From the human T2T-CHM13v2.0 reference genome, Homo sapiens: DNA of 64,000 nt. A program made the position numbers and the translations under genes. The notes beneath the pieces were generated by a model that was given only the letters and a program-made list of their open reading frames with translations, did not search any database and was not told where the DNA came from. Shown here piece by piece: positions 1-13,542 of the stretch; position 1 is the first letter of the stretch, and each line of letters begins with the position of its first letter. Where the stretch lies: assembly GCF_009914755.1 (NCBI RefSeq), contig NC_060932.1; one strand, given 5' to 3'.

Positions 1-465
1 AAGACACTTGTACTCATATGCTTATTGCAGCACTATTCACATTAGCAAAGTTACGAAATCAACCTAGATGCCCATCAACAGTGGACTGCATAAAGAAAGT
101 GTGGTCCATATACACCATGGAATACTATGCAGCCATAGCAAAGAACAAAATCATGCCCTTTGCTACAACATGGATGTAGCTGGAGGCCACTATGCTAAGT
201 GAATTAACACAGAAACAGAAAATCAAATACTCTATGTTTTCACTTAAAAGTGGAAGCTAAATAACGGCTACACACAGACATAAAGATGGAAACAAGAGAC
301 ACTGAGGACTCCAAAAGTGGGGAGGTCAAGGGAAGGTCTGAAAATCTACCTGTTGGGTACTATGTTGACCATTTGGGTTATGGGTTCCACAGAAGCCCAA
401 ACCCCAACATCATGCAATACATCCATGTGACAAACCTGCACATGTATCTCCTGAATCTAAAATTT
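1..465 (+). mobile_element. L1 3' end (old L1PA15-16/L1PB-like), cut by the window edge
   Basis: Typical L1 3'UTR text (catatacaccatggaatactatgcagccata ... acaaacctgcacatgtatctcctgaatctaaaa). Subfamily from recall. Confidence 0.85.
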
Positions 466-469
466 TGTT

Positions 470-3400
470 TCAAACGAAATCAAAAAGGAAATTTCAAAAA
501 TATCTTCAGACAAACAAAAACAAAAAAACAACATACCAAAACCTATGGGATGCAGGAAAGCAGTACTAAGAGAGAAGTCTGTGGCAATAAACACCTGTAA
601 TAAAAAAGAAAACTTCAAATCCACAACCTATCTCTACACCTTGAGGAATGAGAAAAAAACAAACTATGCCCAACATCAGCACAAGGAAGACAATAATAGA
701 TTAGAGCAAAAATAAATGAAATAGAGAATACAAAAATGATTTTAAAAAACAACTAAATTTTTAGAAAAGCTAAAATTGACAAGCCTTTAGTGGGACTAAA
801 AAACGAAGAAGAAAAGATGACTCAAATAAATAATATCAGAAATGAAAGAGGAGACATTACAATCAATGCCACAGAAATCTGAAAAATCATTAGAAGATGA
901 CTATGAACCATTACACAACAACAAATTGAATAACCTATGAGAAATGGCTACATCGTAAAAAAAAAACACAAAACCTACCAAGACTGAATCACAAAGAAAT
1001 AGAAAACCTCAACAGAATCACAACTAGTAAGATGACGGAATTAGTAATCAAAAATTTCCCAGCAAAGGAAATTCCAGGACCAGATGGCTTCACTGGTGAA
1101 TTCTGTCAAACATTTAAAGAATTAATTCCAATCCTTCTCAACTCTTCCAAAAAGCTGAAGAGGAGGGAACACTTCCAAACAAATTTTAGGAGGCCAGCAT
1201 TATCCTAATCCCAAAGCTAGACAAGAACCTTATTAAAAACTACAGGCTAATAACCCTGATTAACATGGACGCAAAAATCACCAATAAAATATAGAAAATC
1301 AAATTCAACAACACATTAACTAAGTGAGATTTATCTCTGGATGCAAGGAAGGGTCAGCACAGGAAATCAATCAATGTGGCTCTACCACATTAACAAAATA
1401 AAGGGCAAAATCACAGGATCACCTGCACTGATGCAGCAAAAGCCTATCAGAAAATTCAACACCCTTTCATAACAAAAACTCTCAACAAGCCAGGAATGGG
1501 AAGAAATTACCTCGATAAAATACAAACCATATCTGAAAAGCCCACAGCTAATATCACACTCCATGGTAAAAAAAACTGAAGGCTTTTCCTCTAATATCAG
1601 GAATGAAGCAAGGATGACCACTCTTGCCACTTCTATTCAACACAGTAGTGGAAGTCCCAACCAGAACAATTAGGAGGAAAAGCAAACAAATAAAAGGCAT
1701 CCAAATCAGAAGAGATGTAAAATTATTTCTGCAGATGACATGATCTTATATCCAGAAAACATTACTCTACAAGCTATTAGAACTGCTAAACAAATATCAG
1801 CAAAGTTACAGGATGCAACATACAAACATTAGTTACACTTCTAAACACTAACAATGAACTATCAGAAAAAGAAATTAAGGAAACAAATTCACTTATAATA
1901 ACATAATAACATCAAAAATACTAAGGAATAAACTTAACCAAGGAGGTGAAAGACTTGTACATTGAAAACTACAAAATATCGATGAACAAAATTAAAGACA
2001 CAAATGAATACAAGGACATCTCGTATTCATAGATTGAAAAAATTAATATTGTTAAAATAGCTATACTACTCAAAGCAATCCACAGATGTAATCTCCATCT
2101 AAACAAAGGCTTTTTTTTAACAAAATTACAGAAAAACCTTAAAATTCATATGGAACCATTATGAACCCAGAACAGCCAAAACCATCTTGAAAAACCAAAA
2201 TAAAGCTGGAGGCATCCACTTTCTGATTAAAAAATGTATTGCAAAGCTATAGTAATTAAAACAGCATGGTAGCCAGGCACAGTGACTCATGCCTGGAATC
2301 CCAGCACTTTGGGAGTCTGAGGCAGAAGGATCACTTGAGCCCAGGAGTTTGAGACCAGCATGGGCAACACAGAGAGGCCCCATCTCTACAGAAAGAAAAA
2401 AAAAATTGCCAGGTGTAGTGGTGTGCACCTGTAGTCCTAGCTACTCAGGAGGCTGAGGAGGAAGAATGGCTTAAGTTCAGGAGTTTGAGGATGCAGTGAG
2501 CTATGATTCCACCACTGCAGTCTAGCCTAGGCAACAGAGTAAGATCCTGTCTCTAAAAAAAAAACAAAAAACAAGTAACAACAAAAACCTAGCATGGTAC
2601 TGACTGACAGACATATGAGATCAATGGAATAAAGGGCTCAGAAATAAACTTATGCATATAAAGTCAACTGATCTTCAGTAAAGGCGCCAAGAATACACAA
2701 TGGGGGACAGATAATCACTTTAACAAATGGTGCAGGGAAAGCTGAACACCCACAAGCAGAAGAATAAAATTGAATCTTTATCTTATACCATACACAAAAA
2801 GAAACTCAAAATGAATTAAAGATTTAAATTTAATATCTAAAATGTTAAAACTCCAAGAAGAAAACATAAGGGAAATGCTTCATGACTTGGTCTCTGCAAT
2901 GATTTCTTGGATATGACACCAAAAACACAGGCAACAAAAGCAAAACCAGACAAAATGAACTATACCAAACTAAAACGCTTCTATACAGAAAATGAAACAA
3001 CCAACAGAGTGAAAAGGCAACCTACAAAATGGGAGAAAATATTTGCAAACCATTTATCTGATAAGGGATTAATATCCAAAACGTATAAAGAACTCCTACA
3101 ACTAACTACTGTAGTTAACTAAATAATAAATAATAAATGATTAATAAATAACACAATTAAAAATGGGCAAAAGATTTAAATAGAAACATTTCTCCAAAGA
3201 AGACATAGAAATGTCAACAAACATATGAAAAGATGCTCAGCCTCGTAAGTAATTAGGGAAATGCAAATCAAAAACATGACGATACATTACCTCACACCTG
3301 TTAGGATGACTATTATCAAAATCAAAATGACAAGTATTAGTGAGGATGTGGAGAAATTGGAGTCCTTGGACACTGATGGTGGGAATGGAAAAAGGTACAG

Positions 3401-4000
3401 CTGCTATGGAAAACAGTATGAAGTTTCCTCAAAAAATCAGAAATAGAACTACTAAATGATCCAGCAATTCTGTTTATGGGTATTTATCCAAAAGAATTGA
3501 AATCAGGATCTCAGAGAGATATGTACACTTCCACATTTACTGCAGTATTATTCACAATATCCAAGAGGTAGAAACAACCTCAGTGTTCACGGACAGATGA
3601 ATGGATAAGCAAAATGTGGTCGATAAATACAATGAAATGTTATTCAATCTTTCAAAAGAAGAAACCCTGCCACATGCTACAACATGGATGAGGCTTGAGG
3701 ACATTATGCTAAAGGAAATAAAGCAGTCACAGAAGGACAAACACTGCACGATTCTGCTTAGTTAAGGGATGTGGTCAAACTCATAGATGCAGGAAGTCAC
3801 ATGGTGGTTTCTGGGGACTGGGAGAGGGGAAACGGACAGTTGTGTTCCATAGGTATCAAGTTTTCAGTTATACAAGGTGAGTAAGTTTAGAGATCTGCCA
3901 TAAGACATTGTGCCTGTGGTTAGCAATATTGTATTGCACTCAAAAAAATTTGTTAAAAACCATCTCAAGGTTACATGTTCTTCCCACAATGGAAAAAAAA
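470..4000 (+). mobile_element. Decayed L1M (L1MA/L1MB-type) ORF2 + 3'UTR, interrupted by an Alu
   Basis: ORF2-like segments (ccaggaccagatggcttcactggtgaattc; tctgcagatgacatgatc = F/SADDM RT motif region; ORF 2907-3122 'NRVKRQPTKWEKIFANHLSDKGLISK'). Many stops and frameshifts; A-rich end near 4000. Confidence 0.9.
2271..2590 (+). mobile_element. AluJ inserted in L1
   Basis: Dimeric Alu with J-type diagnostics (ggatcacttgagcccaggag), A tail, TSD-like agcatggt on both sides. Confidence 0.93.
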
Positions 4001-5119
4001 TGAGAGCAAACTCATACATGCAGTAGGTGGCCCAGCGTCTGATCCAGGATGAGCTCAGCACACCAGAGCTCTAGTGGAGGTGGTCCTGCCAGTCTCCGAC
4101 CACCTGCACCACGCTGGGGGCAGCATCCACCCAGCAACGGCTGGCATTCCAGCTGAGCTTTTGTTTTTCTAAGCGCATTGCATACGGAAGTGCTCGCGAA
4201 TGTGACAGCTCATGGGGCACGTCTACTCTGGACTTCTGGGACACTGTCCTGTTTGGTTTTAGAAAATTCCTGGGTCAGCCCTTGAAATGAGCTGAGATTG
4301 AAATCAGTCAGCAATGGTGGAACATTAATTTCCTTTTCTCCAGTCACTTCTCAGAATCTTTAATATATGATGTGCTTAGGGGTGGGTGGGGGAGGAGGTT
4401 ATAGACACTACGGTGTCACTTTGACAACTAGTTCCAAAATGCCCTCCCTGTAAATGTCCACGGGGTTCAGTGATCATTTAAACCCACTGGCGAAATTTCC
4501 TCCATTGATTGGTCTTTCTCTGCATGAGAACACAGCCCTCACCTCTTCCAGCCCCATGACTCTATGAACTGTCCTCAACTATTCATTCATTCATTCACTA
4601 TTCATCCCTTCAGCCTCTTTTGCTCGCTAGAGACCTCTGGGCCTGGGCTAGCTGTGCACCCGGAAAACAGAGATGGAAATGCAGGGCCTGGGCCTACAAA
4701 GTTCTCGCAATACAGGACAAGGAACCTCACAGACAAAGACAAGCTGGGCAGGGAGCATCCTGACGGAAACCTGCAAGACAGACAGTGGAAGGAGGAACTA
4801 AGAACAGCCGGGAGAACCAGGGTTGCCAAGAAGGCCTGTGGGGACGAAAGAGAATGTGGAAGACAGACATTTAGGCAAATGGACAGATCTGAAAAGAAAA
4901 CAAACAAAGGATGCCTTGTGCAGGGAGCCGCATGCAACTCCACATGGGCTCTGGCCAGAGTGTAAACAGCCATGATGGAGAAAGAGCTGGGAGCCGAGTC
5001 AGGAGAGTCGGGAGAGTCAGGAGGGCCTTTGCGGCAGTGGGTTCTCAGACTCCGCTGCATACTAGAAACTCCTGGGAGGCTGGTTCTGCGTTGTTGCTGC
5101 TGCTGTTTTTAAATCCATC

Positions 5120-6620
5120 GTAATGAAGTATGATTTCCATACAATAAAACATACATATTTAACTGTCAAGTTCAACGTATTATGACAAATGTATACTTGT
5201 ATAATCCACACAGAGAAAAGATAAAGCCACTCCATCACCCCCTAAACCTTCCTCCTGCCCCTTTACAACCAATCCAAAGCCCTCTCACCCCTCCAGGACA
5301 ACAGAGATCTGCTTTCTCTCTAGATCTATCTATCTAGAATTCATATAAATGGAATCATAACAGTGTGTACTTTCTGTGTCTGGCATCTTTCACCCAGCAT
5401 GCTTTGTTGAAATTCATCCACGTTCTTAAGTGGAGCAGCAGCTTGTTCCTTGTTGTCAGTAGCATTCCACAATACTACAACTATTGATTTATATATAGTT
5501 GGCTGCAGGGGTTATTTCCAGTTTGGAGCTATTCTGAATAACGTTGCAATGAACATCAAAGTACAAGTCTTGTACAGGCATGCATTTTCATTTCCCTTGG
5601 GTAAGTACCTAGAAGTGAGTTTGCTTCATTGTACAGGAGCTATATGTTTAACTTTAAAAGAAACTGATGAATAGTTCAACAAAGTAGCCACACCATTGTA
5701 CACTGTCACCAGCAGTACAGGTGCGTTCCACCTATCATACGCCACTGGTCTTCTGGGCAATGTGTGTGTAGGAGTGTCTAATCGTGGTTTTGACTTGAAT
5801 TTCCCTGAAAATCTGTGACATTGAGCATCTTCTCCCATGCTCATTGGCCATCTATTTACTTTCCTTTATGAAGTGTTTGTTCACATTTTTGCACACTTCT
5901 AATTGTGTTGTTTTCATGTTATTGAGTAACAAAATTTATTCACGTATTCTTGATAAAAGAGCTGCATTTTCAGCTCTAAATGTTTGATGTTGTCCTTTTC
6001 CTTCCACTCCTTTCCTCATTATATTTATGATTTCCTTTAAATTCTTAAGCATAATTCTAACAATCAACTCAAAGTCTGTGTACGCTAACACCATCATCCT
6101 TATCATTTCTGAGTCTGCTTCCAGTGACAGGCTTTCCTCCCAGTTATGGTTCCTATCTTCCTGCTAGTTTTGTAGGGCACTGTGAGTTTTCAGTTGACAA
6201 ATGTCTGAATGTCGCTGTCATCCTTTAAAGAGTGTCAGGTCTCCTTTTGATTGGCAGTTGCGTTACCTGTGGAGCAGCTCGTTCTTTCTGATGCCTGTTT
6301 TCCAGTCCTCTTAAGGCACATCCAGAGTAGCCTTCACCCTGGGGCCAGGCCGGCCCCACTGCTAAGTAGGGGGCTTTTCTGTGGTCTCTCATCCAGAAGG
6401 CCTCGGGTGTCCCACGAGGTCCCTCCCCTGGCTGTGAGGCTCTGGGATTCTTCAGTGCACACCTGCCTGGAGTTCTCTGCCTGCCTGCAGGAGTTTCACT
6501 CTCCATGTGTTCAGCTTAGGATTCAGCAATGGCCTTGTGGTGACCCCCAGAAGACTCTGGAGCTCTCTCTTTGCTGAGTTCCTTTTTCTCTAATGTTCTG
6601 CCCCAAATTTCAGCCCCTTG
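5120..6620 (-). mobile_element. Old L1 (L1MC/ME-like) fragments, antisense
   Basis: Reverse-complement L1 3' text (tcatataaatggaatcata...; tggccatctatttacttcctttatgaagtg) followed by ancient L1 5'-like sequence. Confidence 0.7.
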
Positions 6621-6680
6621 GCCTCCTGCACTCTGCCCTCCACCCCCGCCATTGAGCAAAGCTGCCATTCTTTGCCATTC

Positions 6681-6785
6681 CCCATCCCTACCCATCCTTA
6701 TCCGTCCCAACCCAGCCCTACCCATCCCTACCCAACCCTACCCATCCCTACCTGTTCCTACCCATCCCTACCCATCCCTGCCCAC
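6681..6785. repeat. (CCCATCCCTA)n decamer repeat, ~10 copies
   Basis: Directly visible 10-bp period; the minus strand reads (TAGGGATGGG)n. Confidence 0.95.
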
Positions 6786-7479
6786 GGGCACTACCGAATT
6801 GGCTTCTCTGCCCTCAGAGACCACAGTGCTGTGCTGGGTGGGTTTTGGTTTATTTCTGGGGGGAGGAAGGATTAGGGGGAAGGATTTTTGTCTATTATCT
6901 GACGACCCTTATTTAATTCATCCCCCCATAATTTTTAGTGGTTTGCAGCAGGAGGGCAGGCCTGGCACCAGTTGCCCCATCATGGCAGACCCAGTGTGCT
7001 CTTAGAGATCTTAGGGCGAAGGCCATGTCCAGATGGGCTGAATTCTTAGGCTCTCCAAATGATTCCAATATTCAGCCAATTTGTGAAAACAAGGCTTTAA
7101 GAATGAGGGATCTAACATTACAGGTCAGCATTTCCCAGTCACACTGTCACAGTCTGGAGAGACTGTAAACTATCCCCACCTCCGATGATGATTCAGGCAG
7201 TCTGACATGGGGCCTGCACATTCTTTTTAATATCGTCAGATCATTCAAATCTAATGAGAAGCCAGAATTGAGAAACAGATCTGTAGGCACTGGGGAGCCA
7301 TTGGAAGATTTCAGAAACAGTTAAGGCCAACATTTGGTTTCACACTGGAGTTGGTGGAAGCCCTTAATTTATAAATATTCTCTTAGCACCATGAAAGAGG
7401 CAAGGTGTTCACGGGAAGACTGCCATTCGTGCCCTCTCTTGCAGCTCTTGAGGCCATATTTTAATTTTGATTCTTCTAA

Positions 7480-7800
7480 TCAAGAGCATTTCGTGAATAC
7501 CTAATATGTGCCAGATGCTGTCTCGGAGCTGGGGATGGATACACAAGTCCGGTTCTCTGTCCTCAAGGAGCCCGCAGTCAAGCAGGAAGCAGAGAAGCAA
7601 GCACAGGCCACGGCACAGTGAGTACAGAGCCATGTCCGCTCTGACAGGCTTGGCAGCGTGCCACAGAGCCTTGAACAAAGGAGAGGCGCCCTGTCCAGCC
7701 CCAGCAGTCTAGGAGGCTACCCCAAAAGACAGGCTGTCTGAGCTGGGCTCTGAAGGAAAAGGAGGTGTAGACAGGCGAATGAAGTGGAAGCACTGGGCAC
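7480..7800 (-). mobile_element. L2 fragment
   Basis: Reverse L2 3' signature (gaatacctaatatgtgccagatgctgt) followed by ctgagctgggctctgaaggaaaagg. Confidence 0.6.
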
Positions 7801-9000
7801 TTGCTCTAATCACAAAGCAACAAAAATATAAAACTGAACAGGCCAGAAGCCTGGACGGAAGGGGGAGAGGCTGAGAATGGAGCAGCAGTCAGGGCCCACG
7901 TTGGGAAGGGCTTTGGAGACCTCTGATCCTGTCATTAACAGAGCATTGAAGTCAATATGTGCTGGCGGAACACCTTCTCCAGGCCAGTCCTCCCACCATG
8001 GGCTTGGAGACCAGGCCCACTCCAACATTACAGGGAGCAGGGTGAGAATACAAACAGGGCCACCTCCCACGCATCTCCACATTTACAACTGCAAATCAAG
8101 CAAAGCTAACAGCCCAGTCACACCCCATTCCCTCGCAGGTGTGCGCACACTCAAACACAATACACGCACAGCCAGGGGCCTCCCTGCAGTTCACCCTTCT
8201 GACCTGAGGAAAAAGGCAACACCTTCCAGGACCCGCCTGACCACCTGGGAGCCTGAGTGGAGCACAGGTCTGCAGGGCAGGACAGGATGGGGCCTGGGAT
8301 GGACCTGCCTGAAACCAGGATGGGCCTCCACCTTCCCTGTACACAGCGGGCTCTCTGCAAGGGGCTGTGCCTGTCATTCCCCTCCTCCGAGATCTCTGAT
8401 GCTCGGTATTCCATCCTACTGGGCATGATCAGACCTCAGCATGATCTCAGACACGGAATAAACCCACGCTACTGAGCATGACATTTCGGTAGGACGTGTG
8501 TAACCTGGCTCCTGCCTGCTTTTCCAGCTTCACCTTCTATTTCTCTCGCCCATTCCTTATGTCCTGGCTGTGTCCTCCGCAGCCCCAGGGCCTTTACTCC
8601 AGCTGCTGCTTCTCCCTGCCTCTTCCACTGGCCTCTGGGTCCCTCTTACTCCTCAAGGCTCACCTTTGACAGCGCCCTCAGAGACCCTCCTCACTTCCTG
8701 TAAGCCCTGCTCAGCACTATCACTTTCCTGTTTCCAGCCTTCACAGCACCTGCCACCAGCCACATTCCTGCTTTCCTGTCCACTTGCTTGTCTGCTCTCC
8801 TACTAGAAGATGAGCTCCTATGGGGAGCACAAACCTAACCTTATTCACTGCGTCATTACCGGCACGCACAGTGGCACCTGGCACATGGTGGCACTCAGAA
8901 AGCTTCTGAGGAAGGAATGGAGGGTCTTCATTCCATCCCCAATTTGGCCCCAGAGCCACCCAGCACCCCGACTATCACACACTACTTCTCAGTAGCCAAC

Positions 9001-9366
9001 TGTATGAGTCTGTTCTCACACTGCTAGAAAGAACTTTCCAAGACTGGGTAATTTATAAAGGAAAGAGGTTTAATTGAGAGTTTAGCATGCCTGGGGAATC
9101 GTGGCAGAAGGTAAAGGGGAAGCAAGGGACCTTCTTCAGAAGGCGGCAGGAAGGAGAAGTGAATGCAGGAGGAACTACTGAACACCTGAACACTTACAAA
9201 CCCATCAGATCCTATGAGAACCCACCCACTATCATGAGAACGGTGTGGGGGAAGCGGCCACTGTGATTCAATGACCTCCACCTGGTCTCTCCCTTGATAC
9301 ATGGGGCTTATGGAGATTATAATTTACAGTGAGATTCGGGTGGGAGCACAAAGCCTAAGCATATCA
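9001..9366 (-). mobile_element. THE1 (THE1C/D-like) MaLR solo LTR with 5-bp TSD CCAAC
   Basis: tgtat...catatca termini, agactgggtaatttataaaggaaagaggtttaattg motif; ccaac at 8996-9000 and 9367-9371. Confidence 0.92.
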
Positions 9367-11241
9367 CCAACACATTTTGGTTTTCAGTTACTCCTCTTTG
9401 GCCCACGTGGCCTTCCGCTTCCTGTGCTCTCACCTCACGTCACCACGCAGTCAATTCTCACGTACCTTTCACGAGCCAGGTAACACGGTACTCACTTTGA
9501 GAAATAATCCTACGGCCATCTTGTTCTTAGAGCTCCTAGTTGATTTAGTGTATGTCCCTGTTAGCATGTGGCATTCCAGGGCTCTAAACACATCAGACTG
9601 TGCCTTATCCAAGCCTATACCATAAGAGGCCCAGGAGAAATGTTTGTTGAATGGATCGGGGAACAGAACAGTGAACGGCAATAAAGAAAACTTAGATTTT
9701 GATAATCAGTAAAAACAGTGCCTGAGTACTAGTCACACTATAAGATTTAGTGCATACTTTTTTCCATAAAAGAATTATTTCGGCAGGATGCTGAACTAAT
9801 ACTAACCAGAAATATTTCTGCTTTTGAGGAATTGCTCTGTGTTTCCTTAAGAGCGGGACTTGCGGGCGGGGTATGCATCAAATTTCTCCGAGTGTCTCCT
9901 CAGTGGCCCATGTTGCCTGCTCTCTTGTCACCCTTTCGGGTTCACAATTTGCCCGCTTCCTATCACACCCCTAAATGCAAGGCACACGGGTGGCCCTGCC
10001 TCCCGAAACATGCTGGCCCCTGCTCTGCCTCTCTGTTGACACTGTGTCTCCTCTTTCCTGCCAGCAAAAATTCGACTCTCTGCTGCAGGCCCTCCTAAAA
10101 TGGCAGTTCCTCCATGAAGTGAAGGATGAATTCCTTTTTCTCTGTGTAGCCATTTATCTAGTGTGGTTTTGTGACTCAGTGCATCAGAACAGCATACCTG
10201 TCTACAATGACATAGTCACATAATTAATTTTCCCAACTCGACTGTTACACTTGGCAGGAATAACAAATTTCTATGCCAATTATACACTAACCCACATGAC
10301 CCTTTCCTGGAAAATATGAAAAATAGCATTGTGTTCATACAATAATGGGTTATGTGAAATGGTCAGCTTTCTTTTACCTTTTCTGGTTTTACAACGTGAC
10401 ATTCATCGATGTATACCTAGAGTCCTGTGCAACATGAGCTGGAGGTTGCCACTCTAAGGGTAAAAAGGAAGCGGAAACAGAAAAGCACAGGAGCGACAAG
10501 GAGGCATTTTAAAACGGATGAAATATAAAGGCTCTTAGGAAACCAAAAGCTAGGATGGCAGTCTTTATCTCTACCTGATAGCACACGTTGCATGCCAGAC
10601 CCAGAGCTCCTGGAAGGCAGGAAAGATATTATACTTGTGAATTTCCCCTGCAGGCGCACAGGGTCCTCACAGAATTAGAGAGGTAACAAAGCAAAGAGAA
10701 ATTGACATGCATATTCCAGAGGCTTAAATGCTGGAGGGCTAAGTGCAGCGGCAGGAAGCTGTGAAGAAAAGAAAACTTCAGATTCTTGTCCTGGGAATTG
10801 CACAAACATTAGCCAGTGTTATCTCAGCAACATTACTAATTCCTGGCAATAGGATCTCTAGGAGGTATTTCTCTGTGACTGGTTTGGACACCAGATTAAA
10901 GAAAAAGGATACAGTATTATGGCCTGGATGTGCTGCTAGTATACAAAAGACTCCCCCCATTCACTGCAGGATTGTAAAGGCCTCTACCCATCCAAGTCTC
11001 CTGAAACAATGTTTGTCCATGGGAACTACAAGTGCAGTACCTCTTCTCTACAGTGAGAAGAAATGATCCTGTTACATTCACACAACTGTCATCTCCCCTT
11101 CCTAATGAGCACAGACTTCGCCCAAAGGATAAGGTTGGTGATCTTGGCAGTAAGATATCATCCCCTATAACCAAGGAAGACATTATATCCATATGCTTAA
11201 TACAACTTGTATTGATGCTCCTTACCACGGTTATTTACCTT

Positions 11242-12345
11242 GCCACAATAATCCCTTAAGCCAAAATCTAATCCAGAGCAATGCCCTAACTCTCTTTAAT
11301 TCTATGAAACATGAGAGAGATGAAGAAGCTGCAAAAGAAAAGTCTGAAGCTAGCAGAGGTTGGTTCATGAGGTTGAAGGAAAGAAGTCATCTCCATAACA
11401 TAAAAGCGCAATGTGAAGTGGCAAGTGCTGATGAAGAGGCTGGAGCAAGACATCCATTAGACCTAGCAAAGATCATTGAGGAAGATGGCTACACTAAACA
11501 ACAGATTTGCAGTGTAGGTAAAACAGCCTTCTACTAGAAGAAGATGCCATCTAGGACTTTCATAGCTGGAGGGCAGAAGTCAATGCCTGGCTTCAAAGCT
11601 TGAAAGAACAGGCTGACTGTCTTGTTAGGGGCTAATGCAGCTGGTGACTTGAATTTAAAGCCAACACTCATTTCCCATTCTGAAAATTCGAGGACCCCTA
11701 AGAATGATGCTAAATCTACTCAGCCTGTGCTTTTAAGTGGAATAACAAAGCCTGGATGACAGCGCATCTGTTTATAGCATGGTTTCCTGAATATTTTAAG
11801 CCATCTGTTGAAACCTACTGCTTAGAAAAAAAGATTCCTTTCAAATATTATTGCTTATTGACAATGCACCACGTCACGTAAGACAGCTGATGGAGATGTA
11901 CAAGAAGGTGAATGTTGTTTTCAAGCCTGCTATCACAGTATCCAATCTGCAGCCCATGGATCAAAGAGTCCTGGGAATTTTGCAAACATTGACATTTGCC
12001 AATGTATCTTTACATGTACATGTATTCTTTAAAAAATGCATTCCATAAGGCTACAGCTGCCATAGATAGTGATTCCTCCGATGGATCTGGGCAAAGTACA
12101 TTGAAAACCTTCTGTAAAAGATTCACCATGCTAGATGGCAGTAAGAACATTCATGATTCCTGAAAGGAGGTCAAAATAGCAGCATGAAAAGGTGTGTGGA
12201 AGAAGTTGAATCCAGACCTCATGGATGACTTTCAGGGGCTCAAGACTTTGGCAGAGGAAGTAACTGCAGATATGGTAGAAATAGCAGTAGAATTAGAATT
12301 AGAAGTGGAGTCTGAAGATGTGACAACCGACTGACATGTGACTCT
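11242..12345 (+). mobile_element. Tigger1 internal fragment (degenerate pogo-family transposase)
   Basis: ORF text '[12 protein letters not shown]...[20 protein letters not shown]' and 'LIDNAPRH...SNLQPMDQ' match Tigger1 transposase. In-frame stops; no TIRs seen. Confidence 0.93.
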
Positions 12346-13241
12346 TGTGGATGAAATCCACCGATGAACAGGAGGGAGACATGGGAGCAGTAAGTGGGGT
12401 GGAGAGTTCACAGAAGCACTTTGTAAGCCCCGGGAGACCTGAGCCTATGTGAAGGGAGACACTGAAGATGCCGATGGTCATCAGATGGCTGTGAGCTCCT
12501 TAAGAATGGCGATTGTGCTGTGTTTAATGTCGCTCCCCCACGGGCCACACAATGAATATCTCTTGAAGTGCAGTGAATTGAACTGAACTAAGTTGATATG
12601 AGCTGGGGCAAGACCTGTGAGATTCAGAATACAGGCAAAATGAAATGTCTGTCTGAGAAAATGAATACCAGAAGTTTTTATTAGGTTTACTCTAGACTAC
12701 AATTTGTAAATACGTCAATGTAAAGACATTAATCAGTGAGTAATTACATGCAGCATGCAATTCTCAACCAGCAGGGAGGTACTTAACACCTACTCGGTGC
12801 AAAGCCTATATAAGTCCAATATATAATGGAAAACTATTGTGTTTAAAAAGAAATCTGAAAAGGAGACAGAGATCAAAGATACCTGGCACCAAAGGATGGG
12901 CACCCTCATCTCAGGGAGCAGTGCCAAGGGGCACAAAGCATGCCTGATGAAGGGAAGCTGCAGTCTTTTCCCTGCAGCACTTGCAGGGGAGCTGTCAGAG
13001 GAAGAAAGGCTCCTGCATGTGAAGCCAAGCCATCTACTGACAGGCACCCTCTCCAGGTTCCAGCTGTAAGCTTAGGGAAAACATCTGTAAGGACAAGTGA
13101 CAGGAGTCTTGAATAGGGTAAACGTATTTCCTCTGCTTGAAACATTTTTGTCACATATCTGTTCAACAGAATGTAAGCAGTCATTCAGAGAAAAAGCCAT
13201 GGCTTATGAAAGACCCATTTCTTTCTAATTCAATCTTCTAA

Positions 13242-13542
<301 letters not shown>

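Noticed and set aside
470-4000. Active L1 ORF2
   Set aside because: Heavily frameshifted, 5'-truncated and Alu-interrupted.
11193-12048. Domesticated Tigger transposase gene (TIGD1-like)
   Set aside because: Internal fragment with stops (e.g. at 11535) and frameshifts; no N-terminus or TIRs.
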